From a bacterium (GTDB taxonomy: Bacteria > Patescibacteriota > Minisyncoccia > Phycocordibacterales > UBA5272): a DNA stretch of 64,000 bases. The stretch covers positions 5,077 to 69,076 of the forward strand of contig JAYUJP010000022.1 in the NCBI GenBank assembly GCA_043765155.1, read 5' to 3'. Within the stretch, counting starts at the first letter, position 1; every line of letters begins with the position of its first letter. Shown one piece after another: positions 37,491-47,061 of this stretch. The translations under genes were made by a program, and so were the position numbers. Under the pieces are notes generated by a model that did not search any database, had not been told where the DNA came from, and saw nothing but the letters and a program-made list of their open reading frames with translations.

Positions 37491-37558
37491 TCGTATAAGA
37501 AATAAAATTATTTTATTATATTTTTCTAAATATCTATCTTTTCTAAAATAAAAATAAT

Positions 37559-39928
37559 ATGATACTCAAATCAATTACACTCACAGGGTTCAAGTCTTTT
37601 GCTAAAAAGACGACTATTGATATATCTAAAAATGTAACTGGTATAGTAGGTCCAAATGGTAGCGGTAAAAGTAATATAGCTGAGGCTGTCAGGTTTGTGA
37701 TGGGTGAGCAGTCGATGAAAAGTATAAGGTCAAAGTCTATGGGTGACCTGGTGTTCAAAGGGTCAGAGCATATATCACAAATGTCACGCGCTAGTGTATC
37801 CATCGAGATAGACAACAAAATAAAAACATATAATGAGGGAGTGTCACCAGAACTTGCAACTTATTTGTCATATGACGAGATAACTTTGTCACGTGAGGTA
37901 TTTGTAGACGGTGGTAGTATATACAAGATTAATGGCGGCGAGGTTAGGTTAAAAGACGTGCAGTCACTATTGGCGCTCGCGGGCATAGGAGCGAGCGCCC
38001 ACACTATAATATCTCAAGGTGAAGCGGACAAAATACTAATGTCTAGCAGCAAAGATAGAAAAGAGATGATAGAGGACGCCCTAGGCCTCAAGATACATCA
38101 GATACGTCTCAAAGATAGCGAAAGAAAGCTTAAAAAAGTAAATGAGCATGTACGCACGGCGGAGTTACTTAGGCGTGAGATAGCTCCAGAGCTGTCTCAC
38201 CTAAAAGTGCAAATGGAAAAGATAAATAAAATAGAAGGAGAAAGAGAAAAATTACTCGCTTGTTATCTTAATTATTTTGCGTATGAGAATGCAGAAATAG
38301 ATAATCTCAAAAATAAAATAAATAATAATAAAAGTGATGATGAGCTTATAAATACAAAAAAGTCAGAGCTAGATAGTCTTAGAACAAAAGAAAGAGAGTT
38401 AAACTCTCTAAATCCTTCAGATAACACTAACGCATCTAAGAATATTAAAAGTGAAAGTATTATATCTCTAGAAAAAGAAATAAGCGAGTATGTAGAATCT
38501 AGATTTGAACTAGAGAGAAATCTGAGCGTATACATGTATGAGAAAAAGAACCTACTCACACAAATAGAAAAAGAAATAGAAAGTGTAACTTTTACTAAGT
38601 CAGAATTTTTATCTTTTAAAAATAATTTAAAACAAGAAATAGAGAAAATAGAAAATATAATTTTAGACTTAAATAAAAGTCTAAATAATAACTATAACTC
38701 AGATACTAATTCAAATGCTCACAGTAATCTTTCTAACTTAGAAAATATAAAAAGTGTAAATAGTGGTATTAAAAATATTTTGTCTTTTGGGGAGGGGTTA
38801 TTAAAAGAAAATAATAATAGTAAAATAAGACTCAATATAGAAAATGTAGATAAAAATATACAAGATATTTCTAATCATATTTTAGAAATTAAAAATAAAA
38901 TAGAAATTTTAAATAGTAAAATAAAAGAGGAGTTAGCAGAAATAGAAAAAGAGAAAGTAGAAAAAGAAAAGTTGAAATTAGAAAGTGTTAAAAATATTTA
39001 TAGTGATATATATAAAATAGAAAAAGAAATAAATAATTTAGAAAGTGAAAAGCAAAATGTTATCCTGGATATGCAGGCACTTAAAACTAGAGAAAGTGAT
39101 TTTACATTCAAATTAGAAGAGGGGACAAAATTTGTAGGACCTCAAATTTTAAATTATAAAATGTATAATGTTGGAGAAAATATAGATGATAAAATAGAAC
39201 AAAATAAAAATAATTATAATCACTCAGATGGTCAAAGAATGATAGAGAGACTAAAAATAAGAATAGAAGAAATAGGAATACTAGATCCGACCAGTGTCAA
39301 AAATAGCTTTGAAGAGATAAGCGGCCGAGACATACATCTGAGTACCGAGGTCCAAGATCTCAAGAATACCCAAAAGAGTCTGGACGAGATAATAGTTGAG
39401 CTTGAAAATAATATCAAGAATGATTTTAATCGTGGTATAGAAAAGATTAACTTTGCCTTTAATAATCTATTTCATGAAGTGTTTCCTGGTGGACGTGCCA
39501 GTATAAAAGTAGAAAAGATTTTAAATAAAAATGATAAAGATTATACTGGAGATATACAAGATGAAGAAAATAGTTTTGGAGACATAGAAGTCGCAGAGGG
39601 TATTAATCTTTCTATAAACTTACCAAGTAAAAAGGTAAGTGATATCAATATGCTTTCAGGCGGGGAAAAGACACTCGCCAGTATAGCGCTACTATTTGCG
39701 CTCACAAGTATAACTCCGCCACCATTTATGGTGCTGGACGAGACGGACGCCGCACTGGATGAGATGAACGCCCGTAAGTATGGAAAGTTATTATCAAAGC
39801 TCGCTGAGAAAAGCAGATTACTTGTTATAACTCACAATAGAGAAACCATGAATGAATGTGACATATTATACGGTGTTACTGTTGGTGGTGACGGATCATC
39901 AAAGATACTCTCTATCAAGTTTGATTAA
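37559..39928 (+). CDS. smc: SMC-like chromosome segregation ATPase (short, 789 aa)
   Basis: N-terminal Walker A GPNGSGKSNI in an SMC head context, a long Lys/Glu/Asn-rich coiled coil, and C-terminal LSGGEKTLASIALLFAL...MVLDETDAALDE (signature motif and Walker B). Confidence 0.8.
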   Translation: MILKSITLTGFKSFAKKTTIDISKNVTGIVGPNGSGKSNIAEAVRFVMGEQSMKSIRSKSMGDLVFKGSEHISQMSRASVSIEIDNKIKTYNEGVSPELATYLSYDEITLSREVFVDGGSIYKINGGEVRLKDVQSLLALAGIGASAHTIISQGEADKILMSSSKDRKEMIEDALGLKIHQIRLKDSERKLKKVNEHVRTAELLRREIAPELSHLKVQMEKINKIEGEREKLLACYLNYFAYENAEIDNLKNKINNNKSDDELINTKKSELDSLRTKERELNSLNPSDNTNASKNIKSESIISLEKEISEYVESRFELERNLSVYMYEKKNLLTQIEKEIESVTFTKSEFLSFKNNLKQEIEKIENIILDLNKSLNNNYNSDTNSNAHSNLSNLENIKSVNSGIKNILSFGEGLLKENNNSKIRLNIENVDKNIQDISNHILEIKNKIEILNSKIKEELAEIEKEKVEKEKLKLESVKNIYSDIYKIEKEINNLESEKQNVILDMQALKTRESDFTFKLEEGTKFVGPQILNYKMYNVGENIDDKIEQNKNNYNHSDGQRMIERLKIRIEEIGILDPTSVKNSFEEISGRDIHLSTEVQDLKNTQKSLDEIIVELENNIKNDFNRGIEKINFAFNNLFHEVFPGGRASIKVEKILNKNDKDYTGDIQDEENSFGDIEVAEGINLSINLPSKKVSDINMLSGGEKTLASIALLFALTSITPPPFMVLDETDAALDEMNARKYGKLLSKLAEKSRLLVITHNRETMNECDILYGVTVGGDGSSKILSIKFD

Positions 39929-39998
39929 TATAATTAAATTGAAAACAAAAAAGTAAACTTACAAAAGAATATATTTTATAAGTTTATTTTTTGCTAGA

Positions 39999-40943
39999 TT
40001 ACAACCACTTTTTCCATTTAAAATAAGTAAAGAATATAATAGACATGATAAACATCATAAGTATGATAATCTCAAAATCATAGCGGGCGCCGACTATTGG
40101 CATATTTTCTACATTCATACCAAACACGCCAGCCATGAGCGATAGCGGGAATATTACAAAGCTCATCATGGTGAGTGTCTTCATGGCGTCAGCTGTTTTA
40201 TGTTGTAATAGAGAATCATTAGTATTTTGGAATTCTCGAAAGGCATCTTTTAAGAATTTTATGCGACTGGTTACCTCACTATAGGTAGAATGTAGATTAT
40301 TCATACCGCGAGTAAAATTATCGCCATATAATTTTTGACCAAAACTAGCTGCGTCTACTATTATGTTCTCATGCATCGAGAATGAATGCTCAAGGTCGAT
40401 AAGATCGCGCATTTTTTGTGATAATACGCTTACCATATTTCTCTCTTTGCCTGAGTAGATATTTTTTTCTACTAGGTCCAGCGATGAGTCTATTTCATCT
40501 ATTTTGCCATCGCATTTTTTGTATATGCTTTTTATTATTTGTATATAAAATCTACCTACATCTATATTATGGTAAGTGGTCTGATCGGTTGTATAGTCAA
40601 ATATACTATGCAGATCGACTATACTATTTACGTCAGTATAACTAACACTTATAATCCAGTTTTCACCTAGGACAAAGTCTATCTCATGTTTTCTTACCGC
40701 TTCTGCCTTTTTATCTTTGTTAGAGTGAGGCTCTTTTTCTATGTTACGCATTTGCGGAAAATGCTGCACTATATACATACATTTTTCATATATCTTAGCT
40801 CCCGGTCTTAGTGTTGGAGTGGCTATATCGTCGTACACATCAAAAGGTAAAAGGAATTCCTCTTTGACTTTTTCTATGTCTTCTTTGGTTGGATTTTGTA
40901 TATCTATCCAGGTTATTTTGCTAGCGCTTTTTCTAGTTAACAT
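39999..40943 (-). CDS. corA: CorA-family Mg2+/Co2+ transporter
   Basis: Two C-terminal TM helices with the GMN motif (VFGMNVENMP) and a cytoplasmic N-domain of CorA size. Confidence 0.85.
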   Translation of the reverse strand: MLTRKSASKITWIDIQNPTKEDIEKVKEEFLLPFDVYDDIATPTLRPGAKIYEKCMYIVQHFPQMRNIEKEPHSNKDKKAEAVRKHEIDFVLGENWIISVSYTDVNSIVDLHSIFDYTTDQTTYHNIDVGRFYIQIIKSIYKKCDGKIDEIDSSLDLVEKNIYSGKERNMVSVLSQKMRDLIDLEHSFSMHENIIVDAASFGQKLYGDNFTRGMNNLHSTYSEVTSRIKFLKDAFREFQNTNDSLLQHKTADAMKTLTMMSFVIFPLSLMAGVFGMNVENMPIVGARYDFEIIILMMFIMSIIFFTYFKWKKWL

Positions 40944-41018
40944 ATTTTTATTTATATTATTTTTCTATTTCTAATTATAGCATTTTTGTAGTATAATAGT
41001 ATTATAAAAATAAACCTT

Positions 41019-42320
41019 ATGCACAATTTTGTAAACAAAACACAGTCAGGTGAGACTTCAAATTTCTTTAGCTTTAAAAACTCTAAGTATTTAGTTTTGG
41101 CTATAGCCATGTCACTCGCTTTTGGATATTATACAGGCAGTAAAAATATTATACCCAAAATATTTGCTCAGAATATTACAACTGATATGGTCTTAGAAAA
41201 TAAATATAATGCATCCGGGACCTCTAATTTTTTTGATAAAAAAATAGAGGTAAACAATAGTGACCTATTTAATGAAGTTAAAAACTCTCTAGATAGCAAA
41301 TTTGTAAGCTGGAAGGCTACATATACTCCGCCAACAGCAAAAGATTTTGAGAACAGTATAATCTCAGGATATGTGTCTGCTTATAAGGATCCATATACGC
41401 AATATTTCCCACCAACTGAAGCCAAGATATTTAAAGATCAAGTTAAGGGTTCATTTGGAGGTGTTGGTATGGAGGTGGGTAATAAGGATGGATTCATAAC
41501 AGTCATAGCCCCTCTCAAGGACACACCTTCTATGAGAGCAGGTATAAAATCAGGTGATATTATTTTAAAAGTTGATGACAAAGATATATCCGGCATGAGT
41601 ACCGAGCAAGCAGTAGGTCTTATAAGAGGTGAAATAGGAACAGAGGTAAGAGTAACTATAATAAGTAAGACAAGCAAGACCCCAAAAGAAATAAAAATAA
41701 AAAGAGAAGAGATAAAAATACCAACCATAGACACTAAGCTGATAAGCGGAGTGTTTATAATATCACTTTATAGCTTTACGGCCGAGAGTCCAGAATTATT
41801 TAAAAATGCCCTAATCAAATTTGTCGAGTCTAAAAGCAATAAGTTGGTTATAGATTTGCGTGGCAATCCAGGAGGATATCTTGACGCTGCAGTAGAGATA
41901 GCTTCATTCTTCTTGCCTCAAGGGAAAGTGATAGTATCAGAAAAAGGCTCAGATCCAAGCAAAGACGTTGAGCTTAGGTCAAAGGGTTATAATGTTTTGG
42001 GTGATAATTTAAAATTATACATAATAGTAGACGAGGGTTCAGCTAGTGCGAGCGAGATATTAGCAGGGGCGCTCCAAGATCAAAAAGTTGCAAAAGTTTA
42101 TGGTCAAAAAAGCTATGGCAAGGGTAGTGTGCAAGAGTTAATAGATCTTAAAAATGGCGGCTCATTAAAAGTCACAATAGCCAAATGGTTTACCCCAAAT
42201 GGACGTAGCATAACCGAGGAGAAAATAGTCCCAGACTTTATAGTTGTCCGTAGCGCTACTACAACACTAGATATAGAAACCAAAACTATTGTAAAGATGA
42301 TACTAAAAGAAAAGAAGTAA
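41019..42320 (+). CDS. C-terminal processing peptidase, S41 family (CtpA/Prc-like)
   Basis: N-terminal TM, PDZ domain (GIKSGDIILKVDD), S41 catalytic region (DLRGNPGGYL ... GSASASEILAGALQD). Confidence 0.85.
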   Translation: MHNFVNKTQSGETSNFFSFKNSKYLVLAIAMSLAFGYYTGSKNIIPKIFAQNITTDMVLENKYNASGTSNFFDKKIEVNNSDLFNEVKNSLDSKFVSWKATYTPPTAKDFENSIISGYVSAYKDPYTQYFPPTEAKIFKDQVKGSFGGVGMEVGNKDGFITVIAPLKDTPSMRAGIKSGDIILKVDDKDISGMSTEQAVGLIRGEIGTEVRVTIISKTSKTPKEIKIKREEIKIPTIDTKLISGVFIISLYSFTAESPELFKNALIKFVESKSNKLVIDLRGNPGGYLDAAVEIASFFLPQGKVIVSEKGSDPSKDVELRSKGYNVLGDNLKLYIIVDEGSASASEILAGALQDQKVAKVYGQKSYGKGSVQELIDLKNGGSLKVTIAKWFTPNGRSITEEKIVPDFIVVRSATTTLDIETKTIVKMILKEKK

Positions 42321-42353
42321 AAGAAAGAAAGTGAGTTTATCATAAAAAATTAT

Positions 42354-42390
42354 AGTCCAGCATTGCCTACAATGCTGGACTATTTATGTT
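42354..42390. terminator. Bidirectional terminator hairpin
   Basis: AGTCCAGCATTG-CCTAC-CAATGCTGGACT, a perfect 12-bp stem between convergent genes. Confidence 0.75.
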
Positions 42391-42401
42391 TAGAGTTTTT
42401 C

Positions 42402-42749
42402 TTAAATTGAAGTCATTTTTTTTAGAGACCTCAACATTATCTCTTTTTGAATTCGCCCAAACCTTTCTGACACTCTTTCAATCTCTTCTGCAAGATTCGC
42501 AGAAGATGACCCAGTCATATTTTTTACTTGCTCACAAAAGTGAGGGTTACTTAAGAGTCCTTCCGAGATAACTTTTGCCATCTCGTCATAAAACGTAACA
42601 TTAATTTTCGTGCATTCAAAACCTGCTGAGACCATCATTCGCTGAGCAAGAATAAGTTCCGAGAGGGGCTCATTTTTCCCTATATGTTTTCTACCTTCCT
42701 GTGCAAGGTCAGTCAAAGTCATTTCCGCGATAGGTTTTTTATTACTCAT
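42402..42749 (-). CDS. Hypothetical protein (115 aa), compositionally atypical
   Basis: Intact ORF with local GC well above the window average. No recognisable motif. Confidence 0.45.
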   Translation of the reverse strand: MSNKKPIAEMTLTDLAQEGRKHIGKNEPLSELILAQRMMVSAGFECTKINVTFYDEMAKVISEGLLSNPHFCEQVKNMTGSSSANLAEEIERVSERFGRIQKEIMLRSLKKMTSI

Positions 42750-42832
42750 TTCAAACTCCTGTTAAAATTTAAGAACTTTATTATAATATAACTTTTTATA
42801 GTATAAGTCAAGTTTTTATAATTGGTATATTT

Positions 42833-42841
42833 TGTTATAAT
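42833..42841 (+). promoter_or_regulatory. Extended -10 promoter TGTTATAAT (leaderless rplI predicted)
   Basis: The motif ends 7 nt before the in-frame ATG at 42849 (MKIILTQ). Confidence 0.45.
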
Positions 42842-42848
42842 GTTTTAT

Positions 42849-43307
42849 ATGAAAATAATCTTAACACAAAATGTACCGCGCATAGGGGTTAAGGGGCAAA
42901 TATTAGATATGACTCAGGTCTACGCTATGAATGCTTTTGTTAACAAAGGTTTGGCTCGTCTCGCTACTGTTAACGACGAAAAGCTCATAAAAAATAAAGA
43001 AGACAAAAAAAGAGAAGTAAAAGAAAACGAGAGCGATAAGAGCTCGCAATTATTTTCAAAATTAGAAAAAGATTCAGCCGAGAATGCATTTGTAATAAAA
43101 AAGAAAATAGATGCGAAGGGAAACTTTTATGCAAAGCTATCAAAACAAGATATAGAAAATGTTATTTTTGAAAAGGCAAAAATTTCTATAAATGAGTCGC
43201 AAATAATCTCAGATACACAAAGCATAATAAAAGTTGGGGAGTATGGTATAGAGCTAAAAGTTAACAATAAAAAGTACAAAATACTCGTAAAAATAGTAAA
43301 AGAGTAA
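42849..43307 (+). CDS. rplI: 50S ribosomal protein L9
   Basis: MKIILTQNVPRIGVKGQILDMTQVYAMNAFVNKGLARLAT matches the L9 N-domain. The start is trimmed to the ATG after the promoter. Confidence 0.8.
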   Translation: MKIILTQNVPRIGVKGQILDMTQVYAMNAFVNKGLARLATVNDEKLIKNKEDKKREVKENESDKSSQLFSKLEKDSAENAFVIKKKIDAKGNFYAKLSKQDIENVIFEKAKISINESQIISDTQSIIKVGEYGIELKVNNKKYKILVKIVKE

Positions 43308-43349
43308 TTGGGGTATAAATTAAAACTTCTTGTAAAAAAGAAATTATTA

Positions 43350-43358
43350 TGCTATAAT
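43350..43358 (+). promoter_or_regulatory. Extended -10 promoter TGCTATAAT
   Basis: Motif lies 18 nt upstream of tRNA-Ala. Confidence 0.4.
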
Positions 43359-43376
43359 TTTGTTACAAATTAATAA

Positions 43377-43449
43377 GGGCCCTTAGCTCATTTGGTAGAG
43401 CGCCTCATTTGCACTGAGGAGGCGAGCGGTTCGAATCCGCTAGGGTCCA
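43377..43449 (+). tRNA. tRNA-Ala (anticodon UGC)
   Basis: GGGCCCT acceptor with the G3:U70 Ala identity pair, D arm GCTC-ATTTGGTA-GAGC, anticodon stem CCTCA/TGAGG with loop TTTGCAC, and T arm AGCGG-TTCGAAT-CCGCT. No CCA is encoded. Confidence 0.9.
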
Positions 43450-43450
43450 C

Positions 43451-44113
43451 ATGAAAATAATATCTTGGAATATAGGTAATTTTATTTGGATAAAACATTT
43501 ACCCGGCAGATCGCATTATGCATTTCAAAGTGAGAATGTAGGTGAAGTCTCACGTCTTATAAAAAAAGAAAATGCAGATGTGATATTTTTGCAAGAAATA
43601 ATGGACGGTAAAGATGTAGATCTTATAACAGAAAGTTTTTCAGAATTCCCGCATTTTTTAAAAATAAAAACAGGAGATAGAATTTCAGTTTCTCTATTTT
43701 TAAGTAAATACGAAATAAGAGAAATACATCACACCAACAGCAACGATTATATTATAAATAGTCTTAGCTTCTTTCCCGTACATCTTAATGCTTTTTCTCC
43801 AAGGAAAAGATTTGAGCAGGCTAATAAGTTGATTTTAGACTTACCAAAAGAAAAAGGAATTATTTTGGGTGATACTAATTTTTGGATACTTAATAAATTT
43901 TTCTTTTCAAGTAGAGATAAGACCTCTTATTCTAAAATAGTAGCAGATCATACGGATATATTAAAAAAACTAGGTGCGACTTGTAGGTTTTTTCTGTCCC
44001 TAGATAAAATATTTATTACAAAAGATCTTGATTATAAAAATACTAAAATAATAAAACATAAAATAGGTCATATGGATCACTATATGATAAGCTCTGAGGT
44101 TAATGTGTTATAA
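43451..44113 (+). CDS. Endonuclease/exonuclease/phosphatase (EEP) family protein
   Basis: N-terminal IISWNIGNF and ADVIFLQEI are typical EEP motifs. The ATG starts 1 nt after the tRNA-Ala. Confidence 0.7.
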   Translation: MKIISWNIGNFIWIKHLPGRSHYAFQSENVGEVSRLIKKENADVIFLQEIMDGKDVDLITESFSEFPHFLKIKTGDRISVSLFLSKYEIREIHHTNSNDYIINSLSFFPVHLNAFSPRKRFEQANKLILDLPKEKGIILGDTNFWILNKFFFSSRDKTSYSKIVADHTDILKKLGATCRFFLSLDKIFITKDLDYKNTKIIKHKIGHMDHYMISSEVNVL

Positions 44114-44123
44114 TTAACTCATC

Positions 44124-45140
44124 ATGATCAAGCACATATCCTCGATAAGTAAAAAAATTAAAAGTGATGCCTTTACAAAAATAGAAAAGACTATTATTTT
44201 TGTGGTTATATTATTACTTATAACATCACTTGTTGTTATCGGTTATTCTTATAAAGTAAATATCGAGCAAAAGAATAATATTCTAGTAATACAGTCAGAG
44301 GCCAAAAATCTAAAAGCTGATCTTGAGTCACTTAATTCAAAGTATGTAGACATACTGAGTCAAATAGAAATATCAGAAAAAGATAAAACCTCACTCATGC
44401 AGGCGCTTAGTCAGGTTGGTGTGGAGTATAGCAGTCTAATGCAAAATTATAATACAAAAATAACAGAGGTAGACAAGCTACAAAAGACAGTGCTTATCGA
44501 TGATGAGTTACTCAAAAAGTATTCAAAATATTATTTTCTAAATGAAAACTATGCGCCATCTTCTACCTCTATTATAAATAGTGATTACACTTTTAATAAA
44601 AAAGAAATAAGCATACTCTCAGAAGTAAAGCCAAAACTTGAGCAGATGATAAATGACGCTAGAAATTCTGGCATTACAAATAATACAAATAATAACATAA
44701 GTAATAATACTGGGACTAATAGCGGTAGCGATAAAAAGATAGCCTTAGTAGTTAATTCTGGCTATAGATCATTCAAGGAGCAAAAGGGACTCAAGGGTGC
44801 CTATGTACAAAAGTACGGCCTGACCAAGTCCAATCAATTCTCAGCTGATCAGGGATATAGCGAGCATCAGCTAGGCACTGCTGTAGACCTCAGTAATAAT
44901 AATCCAGATCTTAGTATTAGCTTTGACAAGACAGATACTTTTGCTTGGCTCAAAGACAATGCTCACAAGTACGGGTTTATATTATCTTATCCAAAAGGTA
45001 ATAGTTATTATATGTATGAGCCATGGCATTACAGATTTGTCGGAGTTGAGCTCGCTACTTACTTATATTCTAACAATCTTAACTTTTATGATTTAGATCA
45101 AAAGTTTATAGATGGTTATAAAGTCAAAATATTTGAGTAA
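44124..45140 (+). CDS. VanY/M15B-family D-alanyl-D-alanine carboxypeptidase with N-terminal TM and coiled coil
   Basis: SGYRSFKEQ, SEHQLGTAVDL and YGFILSYPKGNSYYMYEPWHYRF, the Zn-ligand motifs of peptidase M15. Confidence 0.8.
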   Translation: MIKHISSISKKIKSDAFTKIEKTIIFVVILLLITSLVVIGYSYKVNIEQKNNILVIQSEAKNLKADLESLNSKYVDILSQIEISEKDKTSLMQALSQVGVEYSSLMQNYNTKITEVDKLQKTVLIDDELLKKYSKYYFLNENYAPSSTSIINSDYTFNKKEISILSEVKPKLEQMINDARNSGITNNTNNNISNNTGTNSGSDKKIALVVNSGYRSFKEQKGLKGAYVQKYGLTKSNQFSADQGYSEHQLGTAVDLSNNNPDLSISFDKTDTFAWLKDNAHKYGFILSYPKGNSYYMYEPWHYRFVGVELATYLYSNNLNFYDLDQKFIDGYKVKIFE

Positions 45141-45163
45141 GATTTGATAATTATCCAAAAAAG

Positions 45164-45172
45164 TGTTATAAT
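45164..45172 (+). promoter_or_regulatory. Extended -10 promoter TGTTATAAT
   Basis: Motif lies 27 nt upstream of tRNA-Asp. Confidence 0.4.
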
Positions 45173-45199
45173 AATATTCTGTTAATATACAGATAGTTT

Positions 45200-45276
45200 G
45201 CAGATGTAGCTCAACTGGTTAGAGCACCCGCCTGTCACGCGGGAGGTTACGGGTTCGAGTCCCGCCATCTGCGCCA
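45200..45276 (+). tRNA. tRNA-Asp (anticodon GUC), CCA encoded
   Basis: Acceptor GCAGATG/CATCTGC with discriminator G and CCA, D arm GCTC-AACTGGTTA-GAGC, anticodon stem CCCGC/GCGGG with loop CTGTCAC, and T arm (A)CGGG-TTCGAGT-CCCG(C). Confidence 0.85.
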
Positions 45277-45584
45277 TGCTTACCAAAGAAATAGTCCTAC
45301 AAGAACTCAAAAAAGTTATAGACCCAGAGCTTAACATAGACATAGTTGCTTTAGGTCTTATTCGTGACGTCACAGTGGGTGAATATTTTGAAGAGCTAGG
45401 AGTACATGAAAACATAAGCGTGCTTATGACTTTCACCAGCCCTATGTGTCCATTTGTAGATAGTATGCTACAAGACGTGGAGGATACTATAAATATTTTA
45501 GGCAAAGGTGAAGCTCAAGTAGAAGTAACTTTTGATCCACCGTGGGAATGCCCAGAAGATTTGAGATTAGAGCTGGGCCTATAG
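45276..45584 (+). CDS. DUF59/MIP18 (SufT-like) Fe-S cluster assembly-associated protein
   Basis: LKKVIDPELNIDIVALGLI...TFTSPMCPF matches the DUF59 signature. The ATG overlaps the last A of the tRNA-Asp CCA. Confidence 0.7.
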   Translation: MLTKEIVLQELKKVIDPELNIDIVALGLIRDVTVGEYFEELGVHENISVLMTFTSPMCPFVDSMLQDVEDTINILGKGEAQVEVTFDPPWECPEDLRLELGL

Positions 45585-45714
45585 AAAATCAGAGGATGTA
45601 AACTACTTGACTTTTCACACTAAATATGTTTTAATATTAGAGTTGTGAATTCGTCACAATTTCGCCTCGGAGTAGAGGAAAACCAATGCGCAATGTAGCG
45701 CAGAAGGAAATGAA

Positions 45715-46302
45715 ATGAATGAGTTCTTTATTAAAAAAATGACAGTCGGTCAGTTGAATGCAGTCGTCAAATTTATATCGGGTCAAACCGGGATAAAAGA
45801 CACTGACGAGATTGTTCGTCAACTTGACATGGGGTTTTGGAAAATAGTTTCTACGGGTGAGGATGTTCTCATTGCGAGCAATATCTTGGTTGTCAAAAAC
45901 CAGACTATTCAGCAAGCCATCGCAGCCGGTAACTACGACTGGCACAATGACTTGATTCCCCAAAAATTTACCCATGACAACAGTTTGGTGGGCAAATGGG
46001 AATTTAAGCTTATTAACCCAAACAGAGACATCTCATCAGAAGACGCGAAAAAAATGTGTGAGGTAGATGGCTGGCAAGTTGGAGATATTGAGCATGAGCT
46101 TGCTATCGGGGCGCAGTTTCCGTCTTTACAGAAAGATGGACCCATAATTGCCTTGGGTTCTGTCTGCGAGCACTACGGCAGTCGTCGCGTGCCAGCGCTC
46201 TGGACTGACGGTGCGCGGCGTGAGCTGCGTCTGTACGATTGGGACGGAGACTGGCCTAGTCATTTTCGTTTCCTTTCTGTTCGTCCGCTCTCAGAGTCTT
46301 AA
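45715..46302 (+). CDS. Hypothetical protein (195 aa) inside a GC-rich island
   Basis: Intact ORF with a sigma70-like promoter (TTGACT-N17-TTTAAT near 45617-45645) and its own terminator. GC and codon usage differ sharply from the host. No known motif. Confidence 0.45.
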   Translation: MNEFFIKKMTVGQLNAVVKFISGQTGIKDTDEIVRQLDMGFWKIVSTGEDVLIASNILVVKNQTIQQAIAAGNYDWHNDLIPQKFTHDNSLVGKWEFKLINPNRDISSEDAKKMCEVDGWQVGDIEHELAIGAQFPSLQKDGPIIALGSVCEHYGSRRVPALWTDGARRELRLYDWDGDWPSHFRFLSVRPLSES

Positions 46303-46338
46303 ACTCTTAGATTTCGATCTCTGTCCCTTGGACACTTT

Positions 46339-46372
46339 GACCCTTTTGCTTTTTGCAAAGGGGTCTTTTTTA
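46339..46372 (+). terminator. Rho-independent terminator
   Basis: GACCCTTTTGC-TTTTT-GCAAAGGGGTC plus T6. Confidence 0.75.
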
Positions 46373-46726
46373 TATTATAATAAATACGTCACGAGATAAA
46401 TCCAAGGTTAAGGCTCTGGGTATTGTGTCCGCAGATTATGCATGAGAATTATTTTGGATACGTCTAAAATAAGTGTGTGCATAGAATGTTTAAATAAAAT
46501 ATAATTGGTGTGATGCTTTTGATAATTGCGATTACAAGTAATATACAATCCAAAGATATTTCGATGGGTGGTGACACGGATGGGGTATCACACATAGCAC
46601 TTACCTGTTTCCAGTGAACGTCTACTGGAACGGTGACAACCAGAAGTGGAATGTCAACTGTTATCACTTTGACCAGAATGGTAACTGGAATGCTGACAAT
46701 CTTGTATGTGGTAAATATATTAATTT

Positions 46727-46758
46727 CTCCCTGAGTTATCTCAGGGAGTTTTGTTTTT
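46727..46758 (+). terminator. Rho-independent terminator
   Basis: CTCCCTGAG-TTAT-CTCAGGGAG followed by TTTTGTTTTT. Confidence 0.75.
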
Positions 46759-47061
46759 CCACCTGCCCCAACCAGCCACCAAGCATACGGCCGACTTCAT
46801 CGAGCGGTATTGATATCAGCTCATACTTTTTATAATCATAGAGTATTACGCACGAGCACAAAGAGGAGGACGCTAAAAAGGGTGAATGAGAAAAATGTAA
46901 GTAGTTATTTGGGGATATTAAAGTGGTGTAAGAGGTGGAAGGTGGAGAGAGAGGTTTTGGGGAAGCTTGAGTGCGTAAGCTTGTAAAATGGCTGTTTTTG
47001 TGTTATTATATATTTAAGAAAAATAAATATATAATATATTATTTAAATTAAAAATAAACAT

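Noticed and set aside
45637-45975. 112-aa minus-strand ORF overlapping the island ORF
   Set aside because: It overlaps the longer + strand ORF, which has a promoter and terminator in the + orientation. Only one can be real.
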